From contig VMGT01000003.1 of the NCBI GenBank assembly GCA_007376725.1, positions 4,470-68,469 on the forward strand: DNA of 64,000 nt, given 5' to 3'. Position numbers and translations under genes: made by a program. The notes below the pieces were generated by a model, which was not told where the DNA came from, made no database searches, and saw nothing but the letters and a program-made list of their open reading frames with translations. The DNA comes from Parcubacteria group bacterium Greene1014_15. Lineage in GTDB: Bacteria; Patescibacteriota; Minisyncoccia; Phycocordibacterales; VMGT01. Shown piece by piece: positions 47,419 through 56,519 of the stretch (the stretch's first letter is position 1; each line of letters begins with the position of its first letter).

Positions 47419-48150
47419 ATGAAAAAAAATATTGGAAAAATTTTTATATGCACAAGCGCAGTACTCCTCTTTGCAGGAATCGCGAATGCGCAAAATACCG
47501 CACCATTTTGCGAGAGGATTGTGAATCACGAGGACGCAGTTCACGCTGATTTAGATGTTGCCGCACAATCGCGCACCGAGCTTGAAAAAGAGCAAGATGA
47601 ACGTCTTGCGCTTGAAAGAGCGAGACAAGACGACTCATTTGCGGCTGCACGCCTTGATACCGATGCGCAATTTGTCAAATATGTGGAAACGCTAAGAAAT
47701 AAGGCGCGGAAAAATGTGATAAAAAATAGCGCCATCGAAGCTTTTGAAAATGCGGTCATAACTTCGCGACAAACGTTTCGTTCCGCGGTAGCTGACAGCA
47801 TTGAAAGCTTTCGAGAAAGTATAAGTGAAGTGATTGCAGCAAGGAGAGAGGGCTTTGGGAAAGCTGAGAAAAACCGTCGGGCGCAATTTGACGCTGCCCT
47901 CGAAGTAGCAAAAAATTCCTGCTTGAGGGAAAATGACGCATCGGTCACAGCTGCGGACGACACACTCAAGACAACGCTTCGCGGCATTCGTGACGGTTTT
48001 CGCAGCGAGCAGGCTGCTGTCGAAGACACGGCGCGCGCAGACCACCACCAAGCAATAGAAACTCGTAAAAATGCTTTGGGCGCTGCGCGTGAGGCGAGAA
48101 AGCGGGCAGTGGAAAAAGCAGTTGAACTACTCCGTGCCGCATGGAAATAG
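47419..48150 (+). CDS. Secreted coiled-coil protein
   Basis: Signal peptide ending ANA; Ala/Glu/Arg-rich helical sequence with two mature Cys. Confidence 0.72.
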   Translation: MKKNIGKIFICTSAVLLFAGIANAQNTAPFCERIVNHEDAVHADLDVAAQSRTELEKEQDERLALERARQDDSFAAARLDTDAQFVKYVETLRNKARKNVIKNSAIEAFENAVITSRQTFRSAVADSIESFRESISEVIAARREGFGKAEKNRRAQFDAALEVAKNSCLRENDASVTAADDTLKTTLRGIRDGFRSEQAAVEDTARADHHQAIETRKNALGAAREARKRAVEKAVELLRAAWK

Positions 48151-48168
48151 AAATGCTATAGTATCGGT

Positions 48169-49146
48169 ATGAGGTTTTTTCATACGCTTGTTTTTCATTT
48201 CAACATAGCTGCTCAATGCAGGCATCTTGGCGTTCCGCTCTGGTCGTGTCCGCCATTTCTTTTTTTGGTATTTGGCATTATAAACATTGCGGCCATACTT
48301 TCTACATACTATCTTGCACAGCGGTATGCGAGCCCTGAAGTTATCATCCTTTCCGTTGTTCTTCTGTCAATGTTTCTTCTTGTGGTATCGTTTATAATTA
48401 TGCGAGCTTTCGAGCAGGTTGTTGCCGCTCGCCAAAAGGAATCCGCCAGACACCGGGAAATGCTCGCCATAAAAGATCAGTTTGTTTTTGTCGCAGCTCA
48501 TGAACTGCGCACGCCCGCCAATGCAATTAAGTGGGCGCTCGAATCGCTTGAGATAAAAAAATCACCGTGGATTGAAAAGGAGAAGGAGGTATTCGATGCT
48601 CTTTCGATAAGCAGCGCTCGGCTCCTCGATCTCGTCAAAGATCTTCTTGAAGTTGCTCGCATTGAAACAGGAGCAATCACGCTTCATTTCGAAACAGTCT
48701 CCATAGAGAGCGTACTCAAGGAATTGCTGTCATCACTTGCCGCATATGCCGCTAAGCTCAACATCTCTATTATAAACAACATACATGACGACGCCCTGCA
48801 GGTTTTTGCCGACAAGGTGCGATTCAAGGAAATTCTCGATAATTTGATTGCAAATGCAATCAAATACAACCGTGAAAAAGGAACAGTTTTCATTTCCGCA
48901 GAACGCGAAGCTGGCGGCGTAACACTCCATATTCGCGATGAAGGACAAGGAATAGCAACCGGGGACCAGGTTCACATCTTTGAAAAATTCTGGCGGTCCG
49001 TAGATGCTCACAAAATCGAAGGCACTGGCCTTGGGCTTTTTATTGCTCGCCAGCTCGTGCTTTCTATGCACGGTAAAATATCATTCACAACTGAACAAGG
49101 TATTGGAACGATATTTTCTGTCTATCTTCCATCAACACATACATAG
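48169..49146 (+). CDS. Two-TM histidine kinase
   Basis: C..LGVPLWSCPPFLF N-terminus, AHELRTP, NAIKYN, DEGQGI, GTGLGL. Confidence 0.92.
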   Translation: MRFFHTLVFHFNIAAQCRHLGVPLWSCPPFLFLVFGIINIAAILSTYYLAQRYASPEVIILSVVLLSMFLLVVSFIIMRAFEQVVAARQKESARHREMLAIKDQFVFVAAHELRTPANAIKWALESLEIKKSPWIEKEKEVFDALSISSARLLDLVKDLLEVARIETGAITLHFETVSIESVLKELLSSLAAYAAKLNISIINNIHDDALQVFADKVRFKEILDNLIANAIKYNREKGTVFISAEREAGGVTLHIRDEGQGIATGDQVHIFEKFWRSVDAHKIEGTGLGLFIARQLVLSMHGKISFTTEQGIGTIFSVYLPSTHT

Positions 49147-49197
49147 AAAAGCATCCATCGCTGTTTCGACAATGAATGCGCGATTTCATGTGATGCA

Positions 49198-49400
49198 GTA
49201 ACCCCTCACAGCTATGAATAAATCCCTCCCACCCTCCCTTTCAAAAAGGGAGGAGTTCACATCCCTCCCACCCTCCCTTTCAAAAAGGGAGGAGTTCACA
49301 TCCCTCCCACCCTCCCTTTCAAAAAGGGAGGAGAGGCGTTCCACTTCCCCCTTTACTAAAGGGGGAATGAGGGGGATTTTCCAAAGGTGTGCGGGGTTAC
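49198..49400. mobile_element. IS66-like MITE with 39-nt tandem hairpin units
   Basis: GTAACCCCTCACA..GTGTGCGGGGTTAC; flanks GTGATGCA / AGAATGCA (5/8 match). Confidence 0.78.
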
Positions 49401-49500
49401 AGAATGCACCCACCCTTGACTAAATTAAATGCTTATGCCACTCTATGTCGAGTAGATGTGACCTTTTTTCACTCACCTATACCCAACACGGAGGTGTTCG

Positions 49501-50307
49501 ATGCGTACAAACGAGTTTGGAAAATTCAGTTTAGCGGTGTTTTTCGGTGCGTCTGTAGGAGCGATCGTCGGCAGTACCTTACATTTCAACTCTTTACTCG
49601 GTGCTCTGCTCGGCGCGGCGCTTGCCTTTGTTCTCGCCTATGGCACGAGAGCGGTAATGGATTGGCAAACCACAAAATATTGGGTGGTGTTGGCTTGGAA
49701 AAGAACCTTTGGCAAGAAAAACCTCCTTGCTGTTATGTTTAAAGGAGCATGTTGGGGCATTGTTGCCGGAAGTGTGATTGGGGCTTTTTTGCTTGTCGTG
49801 GTCTACCTCCTTGGGATGTTATACCTCGCGACAATGTTCTTCGATATAACAGTAATGCTAAACTATGTTGCTATCAAAAACATGGTTGTCGTTTCTCTTT
49901 TGATGCCTGTTGCGTTTAGTATCGCTATGACCATTCTTGTATGCGTTATTCCAGACACTGGTCATCTGGATACAAAAAAAACACTGAAAACGGCCCTCAC
50001 ATACAACATAGTATCGCTTCACTTTCTTGGAGCATATTATATCTTGTATTACACGTGGCATGGGCTGCGGAACTTCATCCCGGGCGTCAAGCAGATTTGG
50101 GCATTCATGATTCTCGCCCTTCGCTATATCCACGAGAAAGAATACACCGCCTGCGGCACATGGGCGGCTGCGCTCTCACTTGTCGCGAGATTCGCAGCGC
50201 AAGGCGATATCATCACAACACTCGCCGTTGCTTTTTCTGGCGCGATGTTGGGCTATTTTGTGCGCATGTTTCTCCTTGCGGTTATATCGAAACGTGTGGT
50301 GTGCTAA
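49501..50307 (+). CDS. Polytopic membrane protein
   Basis: About 7 hydrophobic helices; GGAGG SD. Confidence 0.75.
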   Translation: MRTNEFGKFSLAVFFGASVGAIVGSTLHFNSLLGALLGAALAFVLAYGTRAVMDWQTTKYWVVLAWKRTFGKKNLLAVMFKGACWGIVAGSVIGAFLLVVVYLLGMLYLATMFFDITVMLNYVAIKNMVVVSLLMPVAFSIAMTILVCVIPDTGHLDTKKTLKTALTYNIVSLHFLGAYYILYYTWHGLRNFIPGVKQIWAFMILALRYIHEKEYTACGTWAAALSLVARFAAQGDIITTLAVAFSGAMLGYFVRMFLLAVISKRVVC

Positions 50308-50361
50308 TAGTCTACCGGGAACAGAGCACATCTTATTGAATTTTTAACAAGTATGACAAAC

Positions 50362-50396
50362 GACGGGCGCCGCATAAGCGCCCGTCTTCTCTTTTT
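50362..50396 (+). terminator. Intrinsic terminator
   Basis: GACGGGCGC..GCGCCCGTC followed by a T-rich tail. Confidence 0.65.
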
Positions 50397-50399
50397 GTT

Positions 50400-50486
50400 G
50401 TCATTGCGAGCCCCAAGGGGGCGCGGCAATCCAGTTCTTATACAGTATTCACACTGGATTGCTTCGGGCTTCGCTCTCGCAATGAC
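50400..50486. repeat. GTCATTGCGAG..CTCGCAATGAC REP-type palindrome
   Basis: Related to 45768-45850. Confidence 0.78.
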
Positions 50487-50595
50487 GCTTGCAAAGGCGT
50501 TTCGTAATTCAAAGTACAGTGCTTGACATTTTTCCAGTAATTCGCAAGCTAAGAGATAGAAGTACCCAAAAGTTCGTTGATAGGAGTAGTGTGTA

Positions 50596-52536
50596 ATGAA
50601 TACCATAAAGTATATAGGATTCTGTATTGCCTTGGTTCTATTTCTAGGCACCGTGAAAACGAGTCATTCGTTTAACATGCTTATCATGCCACAAAACGAA
50701 TGCGGGACCACACATGTTGGACCGCAAGATCTCGTTGACGTAACAGGATTTCCAATGAAAGCGGAAGGGGTACGCAATATTCGTCTCGATACGACAACCA
50801 TTCTTCTGCGTTCAACTCTTGATCTTCCACAAATGCCCGAATGGCTGCCCGAAGTCTGGGCAAAAAGCGGCATCGTAATTTCAACCCTCCGTATCCGCAA
50901 CGAAACGCATCAAAAAAATAAAATGGCCACGGAGCTCCAAACATTTCTTGTCATAGAGTGGAGTGAGCCCATGACCGTTTGTGACATTCTCACGGGATGG
51001 GAAGCATGGACACTTCGTCAGATAGAGAAACCAACTGTCTTATTTGGAGAAGCCTTGCTTGTCTTCATCCATCGTGGTGAGCGCAAAATTCTCCGCGACT
51101 ATCTATTGGTCACCCTGGTTCCCGGCGTGCATCCTGACACTTTTGTGCGCGAGGTACTTACTCCACTCGAAAGAGAGAACCTGAAGTTTTACCAGGGAAT
51201 TTCTCTGCCTGACCAAACTGAAGGCATTTGGAAAATGATACTGCGCGCCAAAGAAACACTGTTTCCTTTGCGTGCCGCTCGAATTCTCTCCGGCCATCGG
51301 CAGTTCGTTTCGAGCGTCTCCCCGATATTTATTCCGTACGTCTCAACTATCAACACGAAAAGCTTCATGGAGCGCATTGGAAACGACCGCTCGTCTATAC
51401 GTTTTCATGATGGGGAAACGATTTACAGCGAACAGGCTTCATATGATGCTACGCTCCAACTTTCGATTACCGTTGATTTGTTGCGAAACGAAAGCGGCAA
51501 GCCGTATTTCAAACTTCTCACCAATGCTTCCGAGCTTGCAAAAAATATTGAAGAAGCGATTGTGCCAAAAACAGAGGGCGTTCTTCGAATCGATCCGTCA
51601 GCATGCTGGGAGTATCGCTCCGATGACAGCGCTCTACAAACCGTCCAAGTATTTTTTGCTTGTCGTTTTGTACCATCGCTTCCGGGCCGTTTCGAAATTG
51701 GTTCGCTGCCACTGCGTTTTGAGATTGAAACAGGCGGGATGCCATTTACGATGCATACCGAAAGAAGCTTTGTTCTTAACACGGTCGAGCTTCGTCATCC
51801 CGAGCAAGATGGCATTGTGAGTTTTATTGGGACGTTTTCCGCTCCGCAACAGAAAATAGCTGCACGAGACACAGAGGAAACAGAAGCCGACCGTGGGCCA
51901 ATCGCAACGCACATGCGTCAAAAAATAGGCGGCACGATCAAATTGATCATGAAAGCTGTCTATGAAGGCGCTACGAGTTTTATTCACGCGCCCGGAGCAT
52001 TTCTACGAGAGCGCGAGTTGTTCATCGTTATGACGTTGGGAGCGGTCTCTCTCTGTGCCTTTCTTGTACGCACGTATCTGTGGGGTTGGGGAATTTTTCC
52101 ATCCTTGCTTGAGACATGCAAATTAGGAGCTACCTTTGTTGTACGTCTCGTGGTCTACGCTTCAATACCGCTCATGATGGATCGAGACCCTTCGCGGGCT
52201 CTGCGAAAAGTGATTGCGATTATTCACAAAGGAGAGAATATAGAAAATATGAGTATTGAATCGCTTGCGCTGCGCAGTGGGATCAACCTCGATCTCGATC
52301 AGCAAGCATTTTATGACTGGGTCAAGCTTGCACCACGGAGTAAGTTGGAATCCGTTTTCGCGGCTCTCTGGATCGAAGAACACAGCAGTATATGGAAATT
52401 GCCCCTCAACACCGTGCATGCGTACCATGCGCATATCCTGCGACCGTTCTCACTTCGACACTTTCTTGCATTGCCGAAATACCTTCATGCCGCAACGCTT
52501 GAGTATGAGAAACGGGAAGGCTTCACATGCAGCTAG
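50596..52536 (+). CDS. Exported/membrane protein, possible BatD/MxaA-like partner of the vWA cluster
   Basis: Signal peptide, PGRFEIGSLPLRF Ig-like strand, late TM; overlaps the vWA gene; AGGAG SD. Confidence 0.6.
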   Translation: MNTIKYIGFCIALVLFLGTVKTSHSFNMLIMPQNECGTTHVGPQDLVDVTGFPMKAEGVRNIRLDTTTILLRSTLDLPQMPEWLPEVWAKSGIVISTLRIRNETHQKNKMATELQTFLVIEWSEPMTVCDILTGWEAWTLRQIEKPTVLFGEALLVFIHRGERKILRDYLLVTLVPGVHPDTFVREVLTPLERENLKFYQGISLPDQTEGIWKMILRAKETLFPLRAARILSGHRQFVSSVSPIFIPYVSTINTKSFMERIGNDRSSIRFHDGETIYSEQASYDATLQLSITVDLLRNESGKPYFKLLTNASELAKNIEEAIVPKTEGVLRIDPSACWEYRSDDSALQTVQVFFACRFVPSLPGRFEIGSLPLRFEIETGGMPFTMHTERSFVLNTVELRHPEQDGIVSFIGTFSAPQQKIAARDTEETEADRGPIATHMRQKIGGTIKLIMKAVYEGATSFIHAPGAFLRERELFIVMTLGAVSLCAFLVRTYLWGWGIFPSLLETCKLGATFVVRLVVYASIPLMMDRDPSRALRKVIAIIHKGENIENMSIESLALRSGINLDLDQQAFYDWVKLAPRSKLESVFAALWIEEHSSIWKLPLNTVHAYHAHILRPFSLRHFLALPKYLHAATLEYEKREGFTCS

Positions 52537-53735
52537 CAAACTTGTTCGCTCTCGTATTTGAACATCTGTACTATCTGCATGATGTTACTCTCTTTACGTG
52601 GCTTCGACCAAATGCGTTTTTTCTTCTGGTTCTCATCCCATTGCTCGCCACGAGAACGCTCCGTGCACGAGATGTTCTTCATCACGGAGCATCGTGGCTC
52701 TTTAAGCAGCCGCTTCGGTATCGCGTAGGAGAGGCGCTTTTTCGACAAGGAAGTTATGCGTGTGCGATCGCAGTTCTTGTTCTGCTCGTTGTTTCGCTTG
52801 CCGGGCCGGTTATCAAAAAAAATCGGCCCAAGCCAAACCAGAATCGGCCTGCGCTTGTGTATATTGTTGATGTATCTGGTTCAATGAACGGAATCTTCGC
52901 ACAGCGTTTGACAACATTCCTCACAGAATTTGTCAAGGTTGCCGATGGGTTACGTGGTGAAAAGCGTATCGGTGTGGGTCTCTATTACTTTTCCTCACAC
53001 CCGCTTCTCAATGTTGCGCCGACCGCTACCTACAGAATGCTCCTTAGTGTTGTTAAGCGTTTCAACACGGGCAGTTATGGAGCAGGCATGGGCACAGAAC
53101 CTTCACCTTCGCTCTGGGTCGCTCTCCTTGATCTCGCACGCATGAGCGATCCAGATCTTGCGGTAAAACTCCAACACATGAGAAAAACCGGTTTATTTTC
53201 CTGCATTGAGCAGCGGGGCACAGAGGACAGTCCGCAAGCATTTGCTCGGCTCATTGTGCAAACGTATAACGTTGATGTGCTCAATTCGCTCCGAAAGTCA
53301 ATGCTCGGCAAACGTATGGCCATCGGAACTGACACAGACTTCGATCTCACTTCGAGAGGGGATATCTGTATCACGAGGCTTTTCAATTTTGCCGCCGCTA
53401 TTAACTTGCCGATTGACATCGTTTCCACGAATCCAATGTCGGGCACAGTCGCGCTCAATTTTCCGCGACTTATCAGGGGGACCAAAGGAAACTTCTATCT
53501 TTTGAGCGATTCCTTCAGCAATCCTGATAGAGTGCTTACCGAGGAAGAAAAAAGAAAAATAGATCAGGCGGTGCATTCTGTCTATACATCACTCACCACA
53601 AATACGGCATGGCGGGAGGAACAGTCACACACAACTCTTGACACAACCCCACAGCGTGCACTTCTCGCTCTTGCATGCATCCTCGCATTCGTTTGGATGC
53701 TGCTCCGCGCCGTCCGTCCCATTATGGGGTGGTAG
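52527..53735 (+). CDS. Membrane vWA domain protein (BatA/MxaC-like)
   Basis: W..P..F.L N-terminal motif, SLAGP, MIDAS DVSGS, G.GT, C-terminal TM. Confidence 0.8.
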   Translation: MQLANLFALVFEHLYYLHDVTLFTWLRPNAFFLLVLIPLLATRTLRARDVLHHGASWLFKQPLRYRVGEALFRQGSYACAIAVLVLLVVSLAGPVIKKNRPKPNQNRPALVYIVDVSGSMNGIFAQRLTTFLTEFVKVADGLRGEKRIGVGLYYFSSHPLLNVAPTATYRMLLSVVKRFNTGSYGAGMGTEPSPSLWVALLDLARMSDPDLAVKLQHMRKTGLFSCIEQRGTEDSPQAFARLIVQTYNVDVLNSLRKSMLGKRMAIGTDTDFDLTSRGDICITRLFNFAAAINLPIDIVSTNPMSGTVALNFPRLIRGTKGNFYLLSDSFSNPDRVLTEEEKRKIDQAVHSVYTSLTTNTAWREEQSHTTLDTTPQRALLALACILAFVWMLLRAVRPIMGW

Positions 53736-53761
53736 AGAATATGCACACATGCGCCACATAC

Positions 53762-53789
53762 TGCCGCAGATACTTTTGTATCTGCGGCA
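53762..53789 (+). terminator. Hairpin
   Basis: TGCCGCAGATAC-TTTT-GTATCTGCGGCA. Confidence 0.65.
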
Positions 53790-53794
53790 ATTTT

Positions 53795-53966
53795 GTACCT
53801 GCTCACGCTCCTCAAAATCCCTCCCACCCTCCCTTTCAAAAAGGGAGGAGTTCACATCCCTCCCACCCTCCCTTTCAAAAAGGGAGGAGCTTCCCCTGGT
53901 TTCCCCCTTTTGCAAAGGGGGAGAAAGGGGGATTTAGAAGAGCCCTATTGAAGAGTGACAGTGTAC
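53795..53966. mobile_element. IS66-like MITE
   Basis: GTACCTGCTCAC..GTGACAGTGTAC; perfect 8-bp direct repeat GCAATTTT (53787-53794 and 53967-53974). Confidence 0.85.
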
Positions 53967-53977
53967 GCAATTTTTAG

Positions 53978-54006
53978 TTGACATAATTTAAAAAAACTTT
54001 TATAAA
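53978..54006 (+). promoter_or_regulatory. Sigma70 promoter
   Basis: TTGACA-N17-TATAAA. Confidence 0.6.
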
Positions 54007-54047
54007 TACAGCAGACGTACTTCAAATTGCATCGAAGGAAAAACAGC

Positions 54048-55070
54048 ATGAAAAAGCTCATTACATGGGTTTGCATTATTTCCCTTATACTTCTCGTGCT
54101 ATTTTATGTCGTTTCTGCAAGCAGTGCAGCAGAAAACAGTGATACAGAAATACAGCAAGCAGCAAGGGCAGAAGCATATGCAGTAATCGATCGAGCACGC
54201 GACATGGTGACAAACCAAGAAAATGGGCTTGAAGCGCTTGTGCGCAGTGGAACTAGCCTGCTTGGAAAAGGAGCCGCCTGGGAACCGCTTGCGCGCAAAA
54301 AACTGCATTCTGCTGCTCTGCTCGCCGGTGAAATAGAAAAGATGCTTGCGCCCTATCTTCCGCCACAAGGTACGAGCGCATTGCGCTATATTAATCTCGG
54401 CATTGGCGACCGCGTCATTCAAAAAGCCGAATGGGCACCCTATGAGAACAATTGGAGCGACAAGCTTCCTACCCAAAAAATCAACACAAAGGGAAATATT
54501 GTTGCAGGACCGCGGCCGCACGAGGGAAAATTATTCTGGCAGATCCGTTTCTTTGATGAATTGCTGGGATGGCTGCCAGAGAACATACTCGCAAAAGAAT
54601 TTCCTCATCAAACTATTATTACCGCGACTGCATGTTGGATACACGGTAATGTGCTCACCTATAAAATGGTCGCGTCATTGCGTTCATATCAAGAAAGTGA
54701 GCCTCTCGGGGAACGTTACGCCGTCGTGAAAGATATGCTTGCTTCGATTATTGCCGCGTATGAATGCGCGCTCGCAACATTTGCGCATCCTGACAGCATA
54801 GAAACAATCGGGGTGCGTGAAGCTGCAAGATATCGTGAAATTATCAAAAAAAATTTCCCGATTATGCAAGAACAACAGAAGCAGGCTCAAAAGCAATCTT
54901 CTGAAAACCGTGTTGGTGCCTCGGAAGAAAGCAGTATGATAAAAGCGATTCTTGGAGACGAGGCGGCGCGAGAAAAGAAAAGTCAACAACGCATGATGGT
55001 ACCGCCACCAGATCGCGAAAGTGATCCAAATCGCAAATTCACGCCAGGTGTTCCGATTGGTATCCACTAG
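54048..55070 (+). CDS. Exported protein, possible MxaK/BatC-like with an SH3-like insert
   Basis: Signal/TM; GP....GKLFWQIRF....GWLPE; GN..Y..AYECAL helices; Gln-rich tail; C-terminal PGVPIGIH. Confidence 0.6.
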   Translation: MKKLITWVCIISLILLVLFYVVSASSAAENSDTEIQQAARAEAYAVIDRARDMVTNQENGLEALVRSGTSLLGKGAAWEPLARKKLHSAALLAGEIEKMLAPYLPPQGTSALRYINLGIGDRVIQKAEWAPYENNWSDKLPTQKINTKGNIVAGPRPHEGKLFWQIRFFDELLGWLPENILAKEFPHQTIITATACWIHGNVLTYKMVASLRSYQESEPLGERYAVVKDMLASIIAAYECALATFAHPDSIETIGVREAARYREIIKKNFPIMQEQQKQAQKQSSENRVGASEESSMIKAILGDEAAREKKSQQRMMVPPPDRESDPNRKFTPGVPIGIH

Positions 55071-55230
55071 TACCTCATTAACCTAATTTTTTCGGCCAAA
55101 ATCTCTCAATTTCGGCTACGACTTGTCAAAAATTTCTTGAAATATCTCGATATTCCTCGGATTTTTTGACTTCGTCTCGCGCGAAATTGAAAAATTTTCA
55201 TCCGAAAAAATTAAATTAACGAGGTACTAG
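55067..55230. mobile_element. CTAG-flanked palindromic MITE
   Basis: CTAGTACCTCATTAA / TTAACGAGGTACTAG; long internal hairpin; left CTAG coincides with the upstream stop codon. Confidence 0.82.
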
Positions 55231-55309
55231 CTTCCGGTTCGCACAACCACGCCACCGATTCGAAAAAAACGATTCGGTGGCATACCTTTGAAAGCAAGGA
55301 AGATGCTTC

Positions 55310-56389
55310 ATGGATAGTACAGGCATTCTTTTTCATCATGAATCTGTGATGTACGCCGCGCCATACGCGCTTTTGATTTCAGTCATTTTATTTTTCTGTA
55401 TCGCGCATCGGCTCGCAACCGCTCAAAAAAAGATATTCAAAAAGGGCGCGCTTTCGATGCATCTTCGCTATACCCTATGCGGCACAATCGCGATTGCAAG
55501 CATGCTCGTCGCTTTTGCGGGTCCCTATAGGCACAAAACAGATATTCTCCAAGAGGAAATCGGGGCAAAAATTGCCATTTTTCTTGATAACTCGCCATCG
55601 ATGGCAGCAAGCGATATTTCGCATGCAGACAAAACATCGCTTGCAGCACGAGACTTGCGCCCATCACGACTCGGCCTCTGTGTTGCAAATATAAGCAACG
55701 CACTTGCTGATCTTATCGGCGCTGAAATTATTCTCTTCACGTTCTCCGGATCAACAGACTTGAGAACGGGGGATTGGGTACAACTTTCGACACATTCGTA
55801 CCGAGCTTTTAGCAGCCTTTTACACGATATAGAACCTTCATTTATCGGCGCCGGAACAGATATGTCGCGCATTTTTGAAGAAGCCCACCATATTCTTCAA
55901 AAAGAACCAAGTTTCATCATTCTTTGTTCGGATGGCGGCAAAGACGGATCACACATGGCAGATGTTGTTCTTCGCCTCAAGGTCAATAATTTAGCTTATG
56001 GGCCGTTGCGAGATCGAAATATACCGATCTATGTTTTAGGGACAGGAACACCGGGAACTCCCGCCCCGATTCCATTCACGTCATCCGACGGTCGAATTCA
56101 GGGATTCATCCAAGACGGTTCCGGAAACAATGTGTTGACGGAATACGATCCCGTAACACTGCGGCAAATCGCAACACTCTCGGGTGGAATATACATGCAC
56201 GCAGATGACCTCTATAGCGGACGCAACCTAATACGCAACGCAATCATGAGCGGCCTGCGCAATAATCACAACATCACCGTTGTAAATCCAAACGATCTCT
56301 CCTTGCTGTTCATTGTCGCATCACTCTTTTTTTTCTCCATCACTTCAGGAAGTTTTTCCTTCTTGAAATGGTTTAGAAAACAGAGTTAG
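55310..56389 (+). CDS. Membrane vWA domain protein (BatB/MxaL-like)
   Basis: AFAGP, DNSPSM, PSRL, GTD, SDGG, GTGT..APIP, LRQIATLSGG.Y. Confidence 0.85.
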   Translation: MDSTGILFHHESVMYAAPYALLISVILFFCIAHRLATAQKKIFKKGALSMHLRYTLCGTIAIASMLVAFAGPYRHKTDILQEEIGAKIAIFLDNSPSMAASDISHADKTSLAARDLRPSRLGLCVANISNALADLIGAEIILFTFSGSTDLRTGDWVQLSTHSYRAFSSLLHDIEPSFIGAGTDMSRIFEEAHHILQKEPSFIILCSDGGKDGSHMADVVLRLKVNNLAYGPLRDRNIPIYVLGTGTPGTPAPIPFTSSDGRIQGFIQDGSGNNVLTEYDPVTLRQIATLSGGIYMHADDLYSGRNLIRNAIMSGLRNNHNITVVNPNDLSLLFIVASLFFFSITSGSFSFLKWFRKQS

Positions 56390-56394
56390 CGCCG

Positions 56395-56424
56395 GACGCC
56401 TGTACTTGTACGGGCGTCTTTTTT
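56395..56424 (+). terminator. Intrinsic terminator
   Basis: GACGCCTGTAC-TT-GTACGGGCGTC followed by a T run. Confidence 0.65.
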
Positions 56425-56519
56425 CAGTCTTCTTCTTGCAGTCTTTTTTGTTCCTGCTAGGATACATTTGGATATACGCACCGGAGTGCATTTCTTTGAA
56501 ATATACAAAGGACTGAAAG

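Noticed and set aside
49186-49423. ORFs with SSLFEREGGRDVN or SLPPSLSKREE repeats (also 22786-23028 and 53582-53977)
   Set aside because: Translations of the MITE hairpin repeats.
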